In this document: piece by piece, positions 1-15,000 of the stretch
How positions within the stretch are numbered: the first letter of the stretch is position 1
How the letters are laid out: each line of letters opens with the position of its first letter
From: the human T2T-CHM13v2.0 reference genome, Homo sapiens
Reading direction: 5' to 3' (one strand)
Assembly: GCF_009914755.1 (NCBI RefSeq)
Contig: NC_060940.1
Length of the DNA: 64,000 nt
Program-made: the position numbers and the translations under genes
Notes under the pieces: generated by a model
Told to the model about the DNA's origin: nothing
Seen by the model: only the letters and a program-made list of their open reading frames with translations
The model's database searches: none

Positions 1-3000
1 CCATTCAGTGATTCCATTCGTTTCCATTCCATGATGATTCCATTCCTTTCCATTCAATGATTCCATTCGATTCCGTTTGATGATGATTTCATTCGAGTCC
101 ATTTGATGATTCCATTTGATTCCATTCGATGATGATTCCATTCGAGTCCATTCGATGATTCTATTCGAATCCATTTGATGATTTCTTTTGATTATATTTG
201 GTGATGATTCCATTGGAGTCCATTCAATGATTCCATTCGATTCCAATCGATGATGATTCCATTAGAGTCCATTTAATGATTCCATTTGATTCCAGTCTCT
301 GATGATTACATTCGAGTCCATACGATGATTCCACTCAATTCCATATGATGATGATTCCATTTGATTCCATTCGGTGATTCCATTCTATTCTATTCAATGG
401 TGATTCCATTCGAGTACATTAGATGATTCCATTCGATTCCATTCAATGATGATTCTATTTGTGTCCCTTAGATGATTCCACATGATTCCATTACATGATG
501 ATACTATTTGAGCCCATCCAATGATTCCCTTCGATTCCATTCGATGAGGATTCCATTCGATTCAGTTCATTGGTGATTCTATTCAATTCAATTCTTTGAT
601 TCCATTCCATTCCATTCGACAATGATTCCATTCGATTTCTTTCGATGATTCCACTCGATTCCACTTGACATTGATTCCCTTCGATTCCATTCAATGATTC
701 CATTTGATTCCAGTGGATGATGATTGCCATCGATTCCATTCGATCACTCCATTCTATTCCATTTGATGATGATTACATTCGATTCCATTTGACGATTCCA
801 TCTGATTCTATTCGAGGATTCCATTTGATTCCATTCGATGATGATTCCATTCGAGTCCATTCGATGATTTCATTCGAGTACATCCAATGATTCCATTCGA
901 GTCCATTAGATGATTCCATTTGATTCCATTTGAAAATGATTCTACTAGAGTCCATTCAATGACTCCATTCGAGTCCATTCAACAATTCCATTCGACTCCA
1001 TTCGATGATTCCATTCGATTCCATTTGATGGTTCCATTCGATTCCATTTAATCATTACAGTCGAGTCCATTTGGTGATTCCACTGGATTTCTTTTGATAA
1101 TGATACCATTCAATTACATTTGATGATGATCCCATTCAATTTCATTTGATGATGATTCCATTAGAGTCCATTCGATGATTTCATTCGAGTCCCTTCATTG
1201 ATTCCATCCGATTTCATTGGATGATGACTCCATTCGAGTCCATTCGATGATTCCACTCGATTCCATTAGATGACTCCATTGGAGTCCATTTGATTGTTCC
1301 ATTCGATTCCATTCGATTCCTTTCGAAGATTATTCCATTTGAGTCCATTCGATGATGATTCCATTCCATTCCATTCGATGATTCCGTTTGATTCCATTCG
1401 ATGATTCCCTTCGATTCCTTTCTTTGATGATTCCATTCCATTCCATTCAATGATTCCATTCGAATCTATTCCATGATGATTCCTTTCGATTCCATTCGCT
1501 GATGTTTCCGTTCAATTACATTCGATGATGATTCCATTCGATTCCATTCATTGAGGATTCCATTTGATTCCATTCAATGATGATTCCATTCTATTCCATT
1601 CAATGATTGCATTCAATTCCATTCAATGATTATCCCATTAGAGTAAACTCAACGATTCCATTCAATACCATTCGATGATGATTCCTTTTGAGTCCATTCA
1701 ATGATTTCATTCAAGTCCATTTGATGATTCCTTTCAATTCCATTCTATGATGATTCCATTCGAGTCCATTCGATGATTCCATTCGATTGCATTCGATGAT
1801 TCCATTATATTCCATTCAACGGTGATTCCATTCGAGTCCATTCCATGATTCCATTAGAGTACATTTAATGATTGCTTTGTTTTCAATTCGAAGATGATTA
1901 CATTGGATTCCATTCTATGATACCATTCGATTCCATTCAATGATGATTCCACTCAAATCCATTGGATGATTCCATTCGTGTCCATTCGGTGATTTCATTA
2001 GATTCCATTCGAGGACGATTCCATTCGATTCCATTCGATGATTCCATTCAATTCCATTCGATGATGATTCCATTCCAGTCCATATGATCATTCCATTTGA
2101 TTTCATTCGATGATGATTCCATTCGATTCCATTCGACGATTCCATTCTATTCCATTCGATGATGATTCCATTCGAGTCCATTCGATCAATCCATTCGAGT
2201 CCATTTAATGACTCCATTGGGTTCAATTCAATGATGATTACATTGGATTCCGTTCTATGATTCCATTCAATTCCGTTCATTGACAATTTGATTCCATTCG
2301 ATGATGATTCCATTTGAGTTCATTCGATGATTCTATTCGATTCTCTTCGATGGTGATTCAATTCTATTATATTGGATGATTCCATTCGATTCCATTTGAT
2401 GTTGATTCAATTCGATTCTATTCGATGATGATTCCATTGGATTTCACTTGATGATTCTATTCGATTCCATTCAATGATGATTCACTTCTCGTCCATTGGA
2501 TGATTCCATTTCATTCCATTCGATGATGATTCCATTCGATTCCATTCGATGATTCCATTTGATTCCATGCGACGGTGAGCAATTCGATTCAATTCCATGA
2601 TGATTCTATTTGATTCAATTAGATGATGTTTCCATTCGAATCCATTCCATGATTATTCCATTGGAATCCATTCGGCGATGATTCCATATGAGTCAATTCA
2701 ATGATGATTCCATATGGGTCCGTTCGATGATAATTCCATTTGATTTCATTCGATGCTTCTATTCTATTCCAGTCGATGATGATTCCGTTGGAGTCCATAC
2801 GATGATTCCATTTGATTTCATTTGATGATGATTCCATTCGATGATGATTACATTGGATTCCATTCTATGATTCCATTCAATTCCATTCGTTGATGATTCG
2901 ATTCCCTTCAATGATGATTCCACTTGAGTTCATTCGATGATTCTATTCGATTCCGTTCGATGGAGATTCAATTCTCTTATATTGGATGATTCCACTCGAT

Positions 3001-6000
3001 TCCATTTGATGATTATTCCATTGGAGTCCACTTAGTGAATCCTTTAGATTCTACTCGAAGATGATTCCATTCGAGTCCATTCGATGATACCATTCAATTC
3101 CATTCGTTGATGCTTCCATTCAAGTGCATTCGATGATATCATTCGATTCCATTTGATGATAATTCCATTTGATTCCATGCGATGATTCTATTCGATTCCA
3201 TTCAATGATAATTCCATTCAATTCAGTGATTCCTCTGGACTCCATTTGATGATGATTCCATTCAATGATTCCATTCGATTCTATTCGAAAATGATTCCAT
3301 TTGAATCCATTTGATGATGATTCCATTAGATTCCATTTGATGATTCCATTCGATTCCATTCGACGATGATTCCATTCGATTCCGTTTGATGATTCCATTC
3401 TATTCTATTCGATGATGATTCCATTCGATTCCATTCGATGATGATTGGATTCGATTCCATTGGATGATTTCATTTGATTCCATTCGTTAATGATTTCGAT
3501 CAATTCCATTCGATGATTCCATTCGATTCCATTCGATAATGATTACATCCGAGTCCATTCGATGATTCCATTTGAGCCTGTTCGATAATTCCATTTGAGT
3601 CCAACCAATGATTCCATTCATTTCCATTCAATGATTCCATTCGAGTCCATTTGATCATTCCGGTTGGGTCCATTCGATGTTGATTCCATTGGAGTGCATT
3701 CGATGATTCCATTCGAGTCCATTTTAGGATTTGATTCGAGTCCTTTCGATGATTCCATTCGATTCCACTCGATGATGATTTCATTCGAGTCCATTCGACA
3801 CTTCCAATCGATTCCATTTGATGATTCCATTCGAGTCCAATTGATGATTCCATTCAATTCCATTCGATGATGATTCCGTACGATTCCATTCTGTGATGAT
3901 TCCTTGTGATTGCATTCAATGATGATTCCTTTCGATTGCATTCGATTATGATTCATTTCGTGTTCATTCTATGGTTCCACAGGTTTCCATTCGTGTCCAT
4001 TCCATTATTCCATTCTATTCCATTTGATGATGATTCCATTCGATTCCATTCATTGGTGATTCCACTCAATTCCATTCAATGATTCCATTCCATTTCTTTC
4101 AACAATGATTCCATTAGTTTCTAATCGATGATCCACTTGATTCCATTTGACGACGATTCCATTCTTGTCCATTCGATGATTCCATTTGATTCCATATGAT
4201 GATGATTCCATTCGATTCCATACCATGATGATTCCATTCGAGTCCATTCAATGGTGATTCCATTCAATTCCATTCGATGATTCCTTTTGATTCCATTCGA
4301 TGATGATGGCATTCGATTCCTTTCAATCATTCCCTTTGATTCCATTCAAAGGTGATTTCATTCAAGTCCATTCGATAATTGCATTCGATTCCATTCTATG
4401 ATGATTCCATTCGAGTCCATTTGATGATTCCATTCAATTCAAGTCAATGATGATTCCATTCGATTCCATTCGATGATTCCATTGGATTCCATTCGATGAT
4501 GATTCCATTCAAATCCATTCGATAATTCAATTCAAGTCCATTCGATGATGATTCCAATCGAATCCATTCAAAGATTCCATTCAGTTCCATTCGATGATTC
4601 CCTTAGATTCCATTCGATGATTCCACTTGATTGCATTTACGATGATTCCATTCGATTCCATGTGATGATTCCATTCAATTCTATTCAATGATGTCTCCAT
4701 TTGATTCCATTCGACCATGATTGCCTTTGATTCCATTCAATGATTCCATTCGGTTCCGTTTGATGATGATTCCGTTCGATTCCATTTGATGATTCCATTT
4801 GATTCCATTGGATGAGTCCATTCGATTACATTCGATGATTATTCCATTCGAGTGCATTAGATGATTCCATTCGAGTCCATTCGATGATTCCATTCGATTC
4901 CATTCGATGTTGATTCTGTTCAAATCCATTCGATGATTCCACTCGATTCCATTCGTTGACTCCATTTGATCCCATTCGATGATTTCCTTTGATTCCCTTT
5001 GATGATCATTCCATTTGATTCAATTCGGTGATTTCATTTGATTCCATTCAGTGATGTTTCCATTCGACTCCATTCGATGATGATTCCATTCGACTCCATT
5101 CGATTATGATTTCATTCAATTCCATTCGATAATGATTCCCTTCGAGTCCATTCGATGATTCCATTCGATTCCATTCAACGATGATTTGATTCGTGTCCAT
5201 TCGATGATTCCATTTGATTCCACTTGATGATGATTCCATTCGAGTCCATTTGATGATTCCATTCAATTCCATACTCCGATGATTTCTTTTGAGCCCACTC
5301 AATGCTTCCACTCGATTCCATATGATGATGACTCCATTCGATGAAATTCGATGATGATTCCATTCGCTTGCTTTCGATGATGATTCCACTTGAGTCCGTT
5401 AGAAGATTCTATTCAACTACATTCCAGGACGATTCCGTTCGAGTCCATTTGATGATTCCATTAGACTCCATTCGACGATGATTCCATTCGATGTTATTCG
5501 ATGATTCCATTCGATCTCATTCGATGATGATTCCATTCAACTCCATTCGATGTTTCCATTCGAGTTCATTCTATTATTCCATTAGATTCCATTCGATGAT
5601 GATTCCATTCGATTCCATTTGATGATTGCATTCTATTTCATTTGATGATGATTCCATTCGAGTCCACTCGATGATTCCATTCGAGTCCATTTAATGAATC
5701 CATTGGTTTCAATTCTATGATGATTACATTGGATTCCATTCGTTGATGATTTCATTCGGTTCCATTCAATGATGATTCCATTCAATTCCTTTCAATGTTT
5801 CCATTCAATTCCATACGATGATGATTCCATTTGATTTGATTCGACAGTGAGCCATTCGATTCAATTCCATGATGATTCTATTTGATTCAATTGGTTGACA
5901 TTTCCATTCGATTCCATTCGATGATGATTCCCTTTGATTCCGTTCAAAGATGATTCCATTCTAGCCCATTCAATCATTCCATTCGATTCTATTCAATGAT

Positions 6001-9000
6001 GATTCCATTCATGTCGATTTGGTGATTCCATTTGACTTCATTTGATGATGATTCCTTTCAAGTTCATTAGATGATTCCATTCGATTCCATTTGATGATGA
6101 TCCCATTCGAGTCCATTCAGTGATTCCATTCGTTTCCATTCCATGATGATTCCATTCCTTTCCATTCAATGATTCCATTCGATTCCGTTTGATGATGATT
6201 TCATTCGAGTCCATTTGATGATTCCATTTGATTCCATTCGATGATGATTCCATTCGAGTCCATTCGATGATTCTATTCGAATCCATTTGATGATTTCTTT
6301 TGATTATATTTGGTGATGATTCCATTGGAGTCCATTCAATGATTCCATTCTATTCCAATCGATGATGATTCCATTAGAGTCCATTTAATGATTCCATTTG
6401 ATTCCAGTCTCTGATGATTACATTCGAGTCCATACGATGATTCCACTCAATTCCATATGATGATGATTCCATTTGATTCCATTCGGTGATTCCATTCTAT
6501 TCTATTCAATGGTGATTCCATTCGAGTACATTAGATGATTCCATTCGTTTCCATTCAATGATGATTCTATTTGTGTCCCTTAGATGATTCCACATGATTC
6601 CATTAGATGATGATACTATTTGAGCCCATCCAATGATTCCCTTCGATTCCATTCGATGAGGATTCCATTCGATTCAATTCATTGGTGATTCTATTCAATT
6701 CAATTCTTTGATTCCATTCCATTCCATTCGACAATGATTCCATTCGATTTCTTTCGATGATTCCACTCGATTCCACTTGACATTGATTCCATTCGATTCC
6801 ATTCATTGATTCCATTTGATTCCAGTGGGTGATGATTGCCATCGATTCCATTCGATCACTCCATTCTATTCCATTTGATGATGATTACATTCGATTCCAT
6901 TTGATGATTCCATCTGATTCTATTCGAGGATTCCATTTGATTCCATTCGATGATGATTCCATTCGAGTCCATTCGATGATTTCATTCGAATACATCCAAT
7001 GATTCCATTCGAGTCCATTAGATGATTCCATTTGATTCCATTTGAAAATGATTCTACTAGAGTCCATTCAATGACTCCATTCGAGTCCATTCAACAATTC
7101 CATTCGACTCCATTCGATGATTCCATTCGATTCCATTTGATGGTTCCATTCGAGTCCATTTAATCATTACAGTCGAGTCCATTTGGTGATTCCACTGGAT
7201 TTCTTTTGATAATGATACCATTCAATTGCATTTGATGATGATCCCATTCAATTTCATTTGATGATGATTCCATTAGAGTCCATTCGATGATTTCATTCGA
7301 GTCCCTTCATTGATTCCATCCGATTTCATTGGATGATGACTCCATTCGAGTCCATTCGATGTTTCCACTCGATTCCATTAGATGACTCCATTGGAGTCCA
7401 TTTGATTGTTCCATTCGATTCCATTCGATTCCTTTCAAAGATTATTCCATTTGAGTCCATTCGATGATGATTCCATTCCATTCCATTCGATGATTCCGTT
7501 TGATTCCATTCGATGATTCCCTTCGATTCCTTTCTTTGATGATTCCATTCCATTCCATTCAATGATTCCATTCGAATCTATTCCATGATGATTCCTTTCG
7601 ATTCCATTCGCTGATGTTTCCGTTCAATTCCATTCGATGATGATTCCATTCGATTCCATTCATTGAGGATTCCATTTGATTCCATTCAATGATGATTCCA
7701 TTCTATTCCATTCAATGATTGCATTCAATTCCATTCAATGATTATCCCATTAGAGTAAACTCAACGATTCCATTCAATACCATTCGATGATGATTCCTTT
7801 TGAGTCCATTCAATGATTTCATTCAAGTCCATTTGATGATTCCTTTCAATTCCATTCTATGATGATTCCATTCGAGTCCATTCGATGATTCCATTCGATT
7901 GCATTCGATGATTCCATTATATTCCATTCAACGGTGATTCCATTCGAGTCCATTCCATGATTCCATTAGAGTACATTTAATGATTGCTTTGTTTTCAATT
8001 CGAAGATGATTACATTGGATTCCATTCTATGATACCATTCGATTCCATTCAATGATGATTCCACTCAAATCCATTGGATGATTCCATTCGTGTCCATTCG
8101 GTGATTTCATTAGATTCCATTCGAGGATGATTCCATTCGATTCCATTCGATGATTCCATTCAATTCCATTCGATGATTATTCCATTCCAGTCCATATGAT
8201 CATTCCATTTGATTTCATTCGATGATGATTCCATTCGATTCGATTCGACGATTCCATTCTATTCCATTCGATGATGATTCCATTCGAGTCCATTCGATCA
8301 TTCCATTCGAGTCCATTTAATGATTCCATTGGGTTCAATTCAATGATGATTACATTGGATTCCGTTCTATGATTCCATTCAATTCCGTTCATTGACAATT
8401 TGATTCCATTCGATGATGATTCCATTTGAGTTCATTCGATGATTCTATTCGATTCTCTTCGATGGTGATTCAATTCTATTATATTGGATGATTCCATTCG
8501 ATTCCATTTGATGTTGATTCAATTCGATTCTATTCGATGATGATTCCATTGGATTTCACTTGATGATTCTATTCGATTCCATTCAATGATGATTCACTTC
8601 TCGTCCATTGGATGATTCCATTTCATTCCATTCGATGATGATTCCATTCGATTCCATTCGATGATTCCATTTGATTCCATGCGACGGTGAGCAATTCGAT
8701 TCAATTCCATGATGATTCTATTTGATTCAATTAGATGATGTTTCCATTCGAATCCATTCCATGATTATTCCATTGGAATCCATTTGGCGATGATTCCATA
8801 TGAGTCAATTCAATGATGATTCCATATGGGTCCGTTCGATGATAATTCCATTTGATTTCATTCGATGCTTCTATTCTATTCCAGTCGATGATGATTCCGT
8901 TGGAGTCCATACGATGATTCCATTTGATTTCATTTGATGATGATTCCATTCGATGATGATTACATTGGATTCCATTCTATGATTCCATTCAATTCCATTC

Positions 9001-12000
9001 GTTGATGATTCGATTCCATTCAATGATGATTCCATTTGAGTTCATTCGATGATTCTATTCGATTCCGTTCGATGGTGATTCAATTATTTTATATTGGATG
9101 ATTCCACTCGATTCCATTTGATGATTATTCCATTGGAGTCCACTTAGTGAATCCTTTAGATTCTACTCGACGATGATTCCATTCGAGTCCATTCGATGAT
9201 ACCATTCAATTCCATTCGTTGATGCTTCCATTCAAGTGCATTCGATGATATCATTCGATTCCATTTGATGATAATTCCATTTGATTCCATGCGATGATTC
9301 TATTCGATTCCATTCAATGATAATTCCATTCAATTCAGTGATTCCTCTGGACTCCATTTGATGATGATTCCATTCAATGATTCCATTCGATTCTATTCGA
9401 AAATGATTCCATTTGAATCCATTTGATGATGATTCCATTAGATTCCATTTGATGATTCCATTCGATTCCATTCGACGATGATTCCATTCGATTCCGTTTG
9501 ATGATTCCATTCTATTCTATTCGATGATGATTCCATTCGATTCCATTCGATGATGATTGGATTCGATTCCATTTGATGATTTCATTTGATTCCATTCGTT
9601 AATGATTTCGATCAATTCCATTCGATGATTCCATTCGATTCCATTCGATAATGATTACATCCGAGTCCATTCGATGATTCCCTTTGAGCCTGTTCGATAA
9701 TTCCATTTGAGTCCAACCAATGATTCCATTCATTTCCATTCAATGATTCCATTCGAGTCCATTTGATCATTCCGGTAGGGTCCATTCGATGTTGATTCCA
9801 TTGGAGTGCATTCGATGATTCCATTCGAGTCCATTTTAGGATTTGATTCAAGTCCTTTCGATGATTCCATTCGATTCCACTCGATGATGATTTCATTCGA
9901 GTCCATTCGACACTTCCAATCGATTCCATTTGATGATTCCATTCGAGTCCAATTGATGATTCCATTCAATTCCATTCGATGATGATTCCCTACGATTCCA
10001 TTCTGTGATGATTCCATGTGATTGCATTCAATGATGATTCCTTTCGATTGCATTCGATTATGATTCATTTCGTGTTCATTCTATGGTTCCACAGGTTTCC
10101 ATTCGTGTCCATTCCATTATTCCATTCTATTCCATTTGATGATGATTCCATTCGATTCCATTCATTGGTGATTCCACTCAATTCCATTCAATGATTCCAT
10201 TCCATTTCTTTCAACAATGATTCCATTAGTTTCTAATCGATGATCCACTTGATTCCATTTGACGACGATTCCATTCTTGTCCATTCGATGATTCCATTTG
10301 ATTCCATATGATGATGATTCCATTCGATTCCATACCATGATGATTCCATTCGAGTCCATTCAATGGTGATTCCATTCAATTCCATTCGATGATTCCTTTT
10401 GATTCCATTCGATGATGATGGCATTCGATTCCTTTCAATCATTCCCTTTGATTCCATTCAAAGGTGATTTCATTCAAGTCCATTCGATAATTGCATTCGA
10501 TTCCATTCTATGATGATTCCATTCGAGTCCATTTGATGATTCCATTCAATTCAAGTCAATGATGATTCCATTCGATTCCATTTGATGATTCCATTGGATT
10601 CCATTCGATGATGATTCCATTCAAATCCATTCGATAATTCAATTCAAGTCCATTCGATGATGATTCCAATCGAATCCATTCAAAGATTCCATTCAGTTCC
10701 ATTCGATGATTCCCTTAGATTCCATTCGATGATTCCACTTGATTGCATTTACGATGATTCCATTCGATTCCATGTGATGATTCCATTCAATTCTATTCAA
10801 TGATGTCTCCATTTGATTCCATTCGACCATGATTGCCTTTGATTCCATTCAATGATTCCATTCGGTTCCGTTTGATGATGATTCCGTTCGATTCCATTTG
10901 ATGATTCCATTTGATTCCATTGGATGAGTCCATTCGATTACATTCGATGATTATTCCATTCGAGTGCATTAGATGATTCCATTCGAGTCCATTCGATGAT
11001 TCCATTCGATTCCATTCGATGTTGATTCTGTTCAAATCCATTCGATGATTCCACTCGATTCCATTCGTTGACTCCATTTGATCCCATTCGATGATTTCCT
11101 TTGATTCCCTTTGATGATCATTCCGTTTGATTCAATTCGGTGATTTCATTTGATTCCATTCAGTGATGTTTCCATTCGACTCCATTCGATGATGATTCCA
11201 TTCGACTCCATTCGATTATGATTTCATTCAATTCCATTCGATAATGATTCCCTTCGAGTCCATTCGATGATTCCATTCGATTCCATTCAACGATGATTTG
11301 ATTCGTGTCCATTCGATGATTCCATTTGATTCCACTTGATGATGATTCCATTTGAGTCCATTTGATGATTCCATTCAATTCCATACTCCGATGATTTCTT
11401 TTGAGCCCACTCAATGCTTCCACTCGATTCCATATGATGATGACTCCATTCGATGAAATTCGATGATGATTCCATTCGCTTGCTTTCGATGATGATTCCA
11501 CTTGAGTCCGTTAGAAGATTCTATTCAATTACATTCCATGACGATTCCGTTCGAGTCCATTTGATGATTCCATTAGACTCCATTCGACGATGATTCCATT
11601 CGATGTTATTCGATGATTCCATTTGATCTCATTCGATGATGATTCCATTCAACTCCATTCGATGTTTCCATTCGAGTTCATTCTATTATTCCATTAGATT
11701 CCATTCGATGATGATTCCATTCGATTCCATTTGATGATTGCATTCTATTTCATTTGATGATGATTCCATTCGAGTCCACTCGATGATTCCATTCGAGTCC
11801 ATTTAATGAATCCATTGGTTTCAATTCTATGATGATTACATTGGATTCCATTCGTTGATGATTTCATTCGGTTCCATTCAATGATGATTCCATTCAATTC
11901 CTTTCAATGTTTCCATTCAATTCCATACGATGATGATTCCATTTGATTTGATTCGACAGTGAGCCATTCGATTCAATTCCATGATGATTCTATTTGATTC

Positions 12001-15000
12001 AATTGGTTGACATTTCCATTCGATTCCATTCGATGATGATTCCCTTTGATTCCGTTCAAAGATGATTCCATTCTAGCCCATTCAATCATTCCATTCGATT
12101 CTATTCAATGATGATTCCATTCATGTCGATTTGGTGATTCCATTTGACTTCATTTGATGATGATTCCTTTCAAGTTCATTAGATGATTCCATTCGATTCC
12201 ATTTGATGATGATCCCATTCGAGTCCATTCAGTGATTCCATTCGTTTCCATTCCATGATGATTCCATTCCTTTCCATTCAATGATTCCATTCGATTCCGT
12301 TTGATGATGATTTCATTCGAGTCCATTTGATGATTCCATTTGATTCCATTCGATGATGATTCCATTCGAGTCCATTCGATGATTCTATTCGAATCCATTT
12401 GATGATTTCTTTTGATTATATTTGGTGATGATTCCATTGGAGTCCATTCAATGATTCCATTCTATTCCAATCGATGATGATTCCATTAGAGTCCATTTAA
12501 TGATTCCATTTGATTCCAGTCTCTGATGATTACATTCGAGTCCATACGATGATTCCACTCAATTCCATAAGATGATGATTCCATTTGATTCCATTCGGTG
12601 ATTCCATTCTATTCTATTCAATGGTGATTCCATTCGAGTACATTAGATGATTCCATTCGATTCCATTCAATGATGATTCTATGTGTGTCCCTTAGATGAT
12701 TCCAAATGATTCCATTACATGATGATACTATTTGAGCCCATCCAATGATTCCCTTCGATTCCATTCGATGAGGATTCCATTCGATTCAATTCATTGGTGA
12801 TTCTATTCAATTCAATTCTTTGATTCCATTCCATTCCATTCGACAATGATTCCATTCGATTTCTTTCGATGATTCCACTCGATTCCACTTGACATTGATT
12901 CCATTCGATTCCATTCATTGATTCCATTTGATTCCAGTGGGTGATGATTGCCATCGATTCCATTCGATCACTCCATTCTATTCCATTTGATGATGATTAC
13001 ATTCGATTCCATTTGATGATTCCATCTGATTCTATTCGAGGATTCCATTTGATTCCATTCGATGATGATTCCATTCGAGTCCATTCGATGATTTCATTCG
13101 AATACATCCAATGATTCCATTCGAGTCCATTAGATGATTCCATTTGATTCCATTTGAAAATGATTCTACTAGAGTCCATTCAATGACTCCATTCGAGTCC
13201 ATTCAACAATTCCATTCGACTCCATTCGATGATTCCATTCGATTCCATTTGATGGTTCCATTCGAGTCCATTTAATCATTACAGTCGAGTCCATTTGGTG
13301 ATTCCACTGGATTTCTTTTGATAATGATACCATTCAATTGCATTTGATGATGATCCCATTCAATTTCATTTGATGATGATTCCATTAGAGTCCATTCGAT
13401 GATTTCATTCGAGTCCCTTCATTGATTCCATCCGATTTCATTGGATGATGACTCCATTCGAGTCCATTCGATGTTTCCACTCGATTCCATTAGATGACTC
13501 CATTGGAGTCCATTTGATTGTTCCATTCGATTCCATTCGATTCCTTTCAAAGATTATTCCATTTGAGTCCATTCGATGATGATTCCATTCCATTCCATTC
13601 GATGATTCCGTTTGATTCCATTCGATGATTCCCTTCGATTCCTTTCTTTGATGATTCCATTCCATTCCATTCAATGATTCCATTCGAATCTATTCCATGA
13701 TGATTCCTTTCGATTCCATTCGCTGATGTTTCCGTTCAATTCCATTCGATGATGATTCCATTCGATTCCATTCATTGAGGATTCCATTTGATTCCATTCA
13801 ATGATGATTCCATTCTATTCCATTCAATGATTGCATTCAATTCCATTCAATGATTATCCCATTAGAGTAAACTCAACGATTCCATTCAATACCATTCGAT
13901 GATGATTCCTTTTGAGTCCATTCAATGATTTCATTCAAGTCCATTTGATGATTCCTTTCAATTCCATTCTATGATGATTCCATTCGAGTCCATTCGATGA
14001 TTCCATTCGATTGCATTCGATGATTCCATTATATTCCATTCAACGGTGATTCCATTCGAGTCCATTCCATGATTCCATTAGAGTACATTTAATGATTGCT
14101 TTGTTTTCAATTCGAAGATGATTACATTGGATTCCATTCTATGATACCATTCGATTCCATTCAATGATGATTCCACTCAAATCCATTGGATGATTCCATT
14201 CGTGTCCATTCGGTGATTTCATTAGATTCCATTCGAGGATGATTCCATTCGATTCCATTCGATGATTCCATTCAATTCCATTCGATGATGATTCCATTCC
14301 AGTCCATATGATCATTCCATTTGATTTCATTCGATGATGATTCCATTCGATTCGATTCGACGATTCCATTCTATTCCATTCGATGATGATTCCATTCGAG
14401 TCCATTCGATCATTCCATTCGAGTCCATTTAATGATTCCATTGGGTTCAATTCAATGATGATTACATTGGATTCCGTTCTATGATTCCATTCAATTCCGT
14501 TCATTGACAATTTGATTCCATTCGATGATGATTCCATTTGAGTTCATTCGATGATTCTATTCGATTCTCTTCGATGGTGATTCAATTCTATTATATTGGA
14601 TGATTCCATTCGATTCCATTTGATGTTGATTCAATTCGATTCTATTCGATGATGATTCCATTGGATTTCACTTGATGATTCTATTCGATTCCATTCAATG
14701 ATGATTCACTTCTCGTCCATTGGATGATTCCATTTCATTCCATTCGATGATGATTCCATTCGATTCCATTCGATGATTCCATTTGATTCCATGCGACGGT
14801 GAGCAATTCGATTCAATTCCATGATGATTCTATTTGATTCAATTAGATGATGTTTCCATTCGAATCCATTCCATGATTATTCCATTGGAATCCATTTGGC
14901 GATGATTCCATATGAGTCAATTCAATGATGATTCCATATGGGTCCGTTCGATGATAATTCCATTTGATTTCATTCGATGCTTCTATTCTATTCCAGTCGA

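Noticed and set aside
131-300. 170-bp deletion and 340-bp motif offset suggesting alpha-satellite or nucleosome periodicity
   Set aside because: There is no alpha-satellite sequence, and 170 bp is explained by 4x23+3x26 sub-units. Two instances cannot support a periodicity claim.
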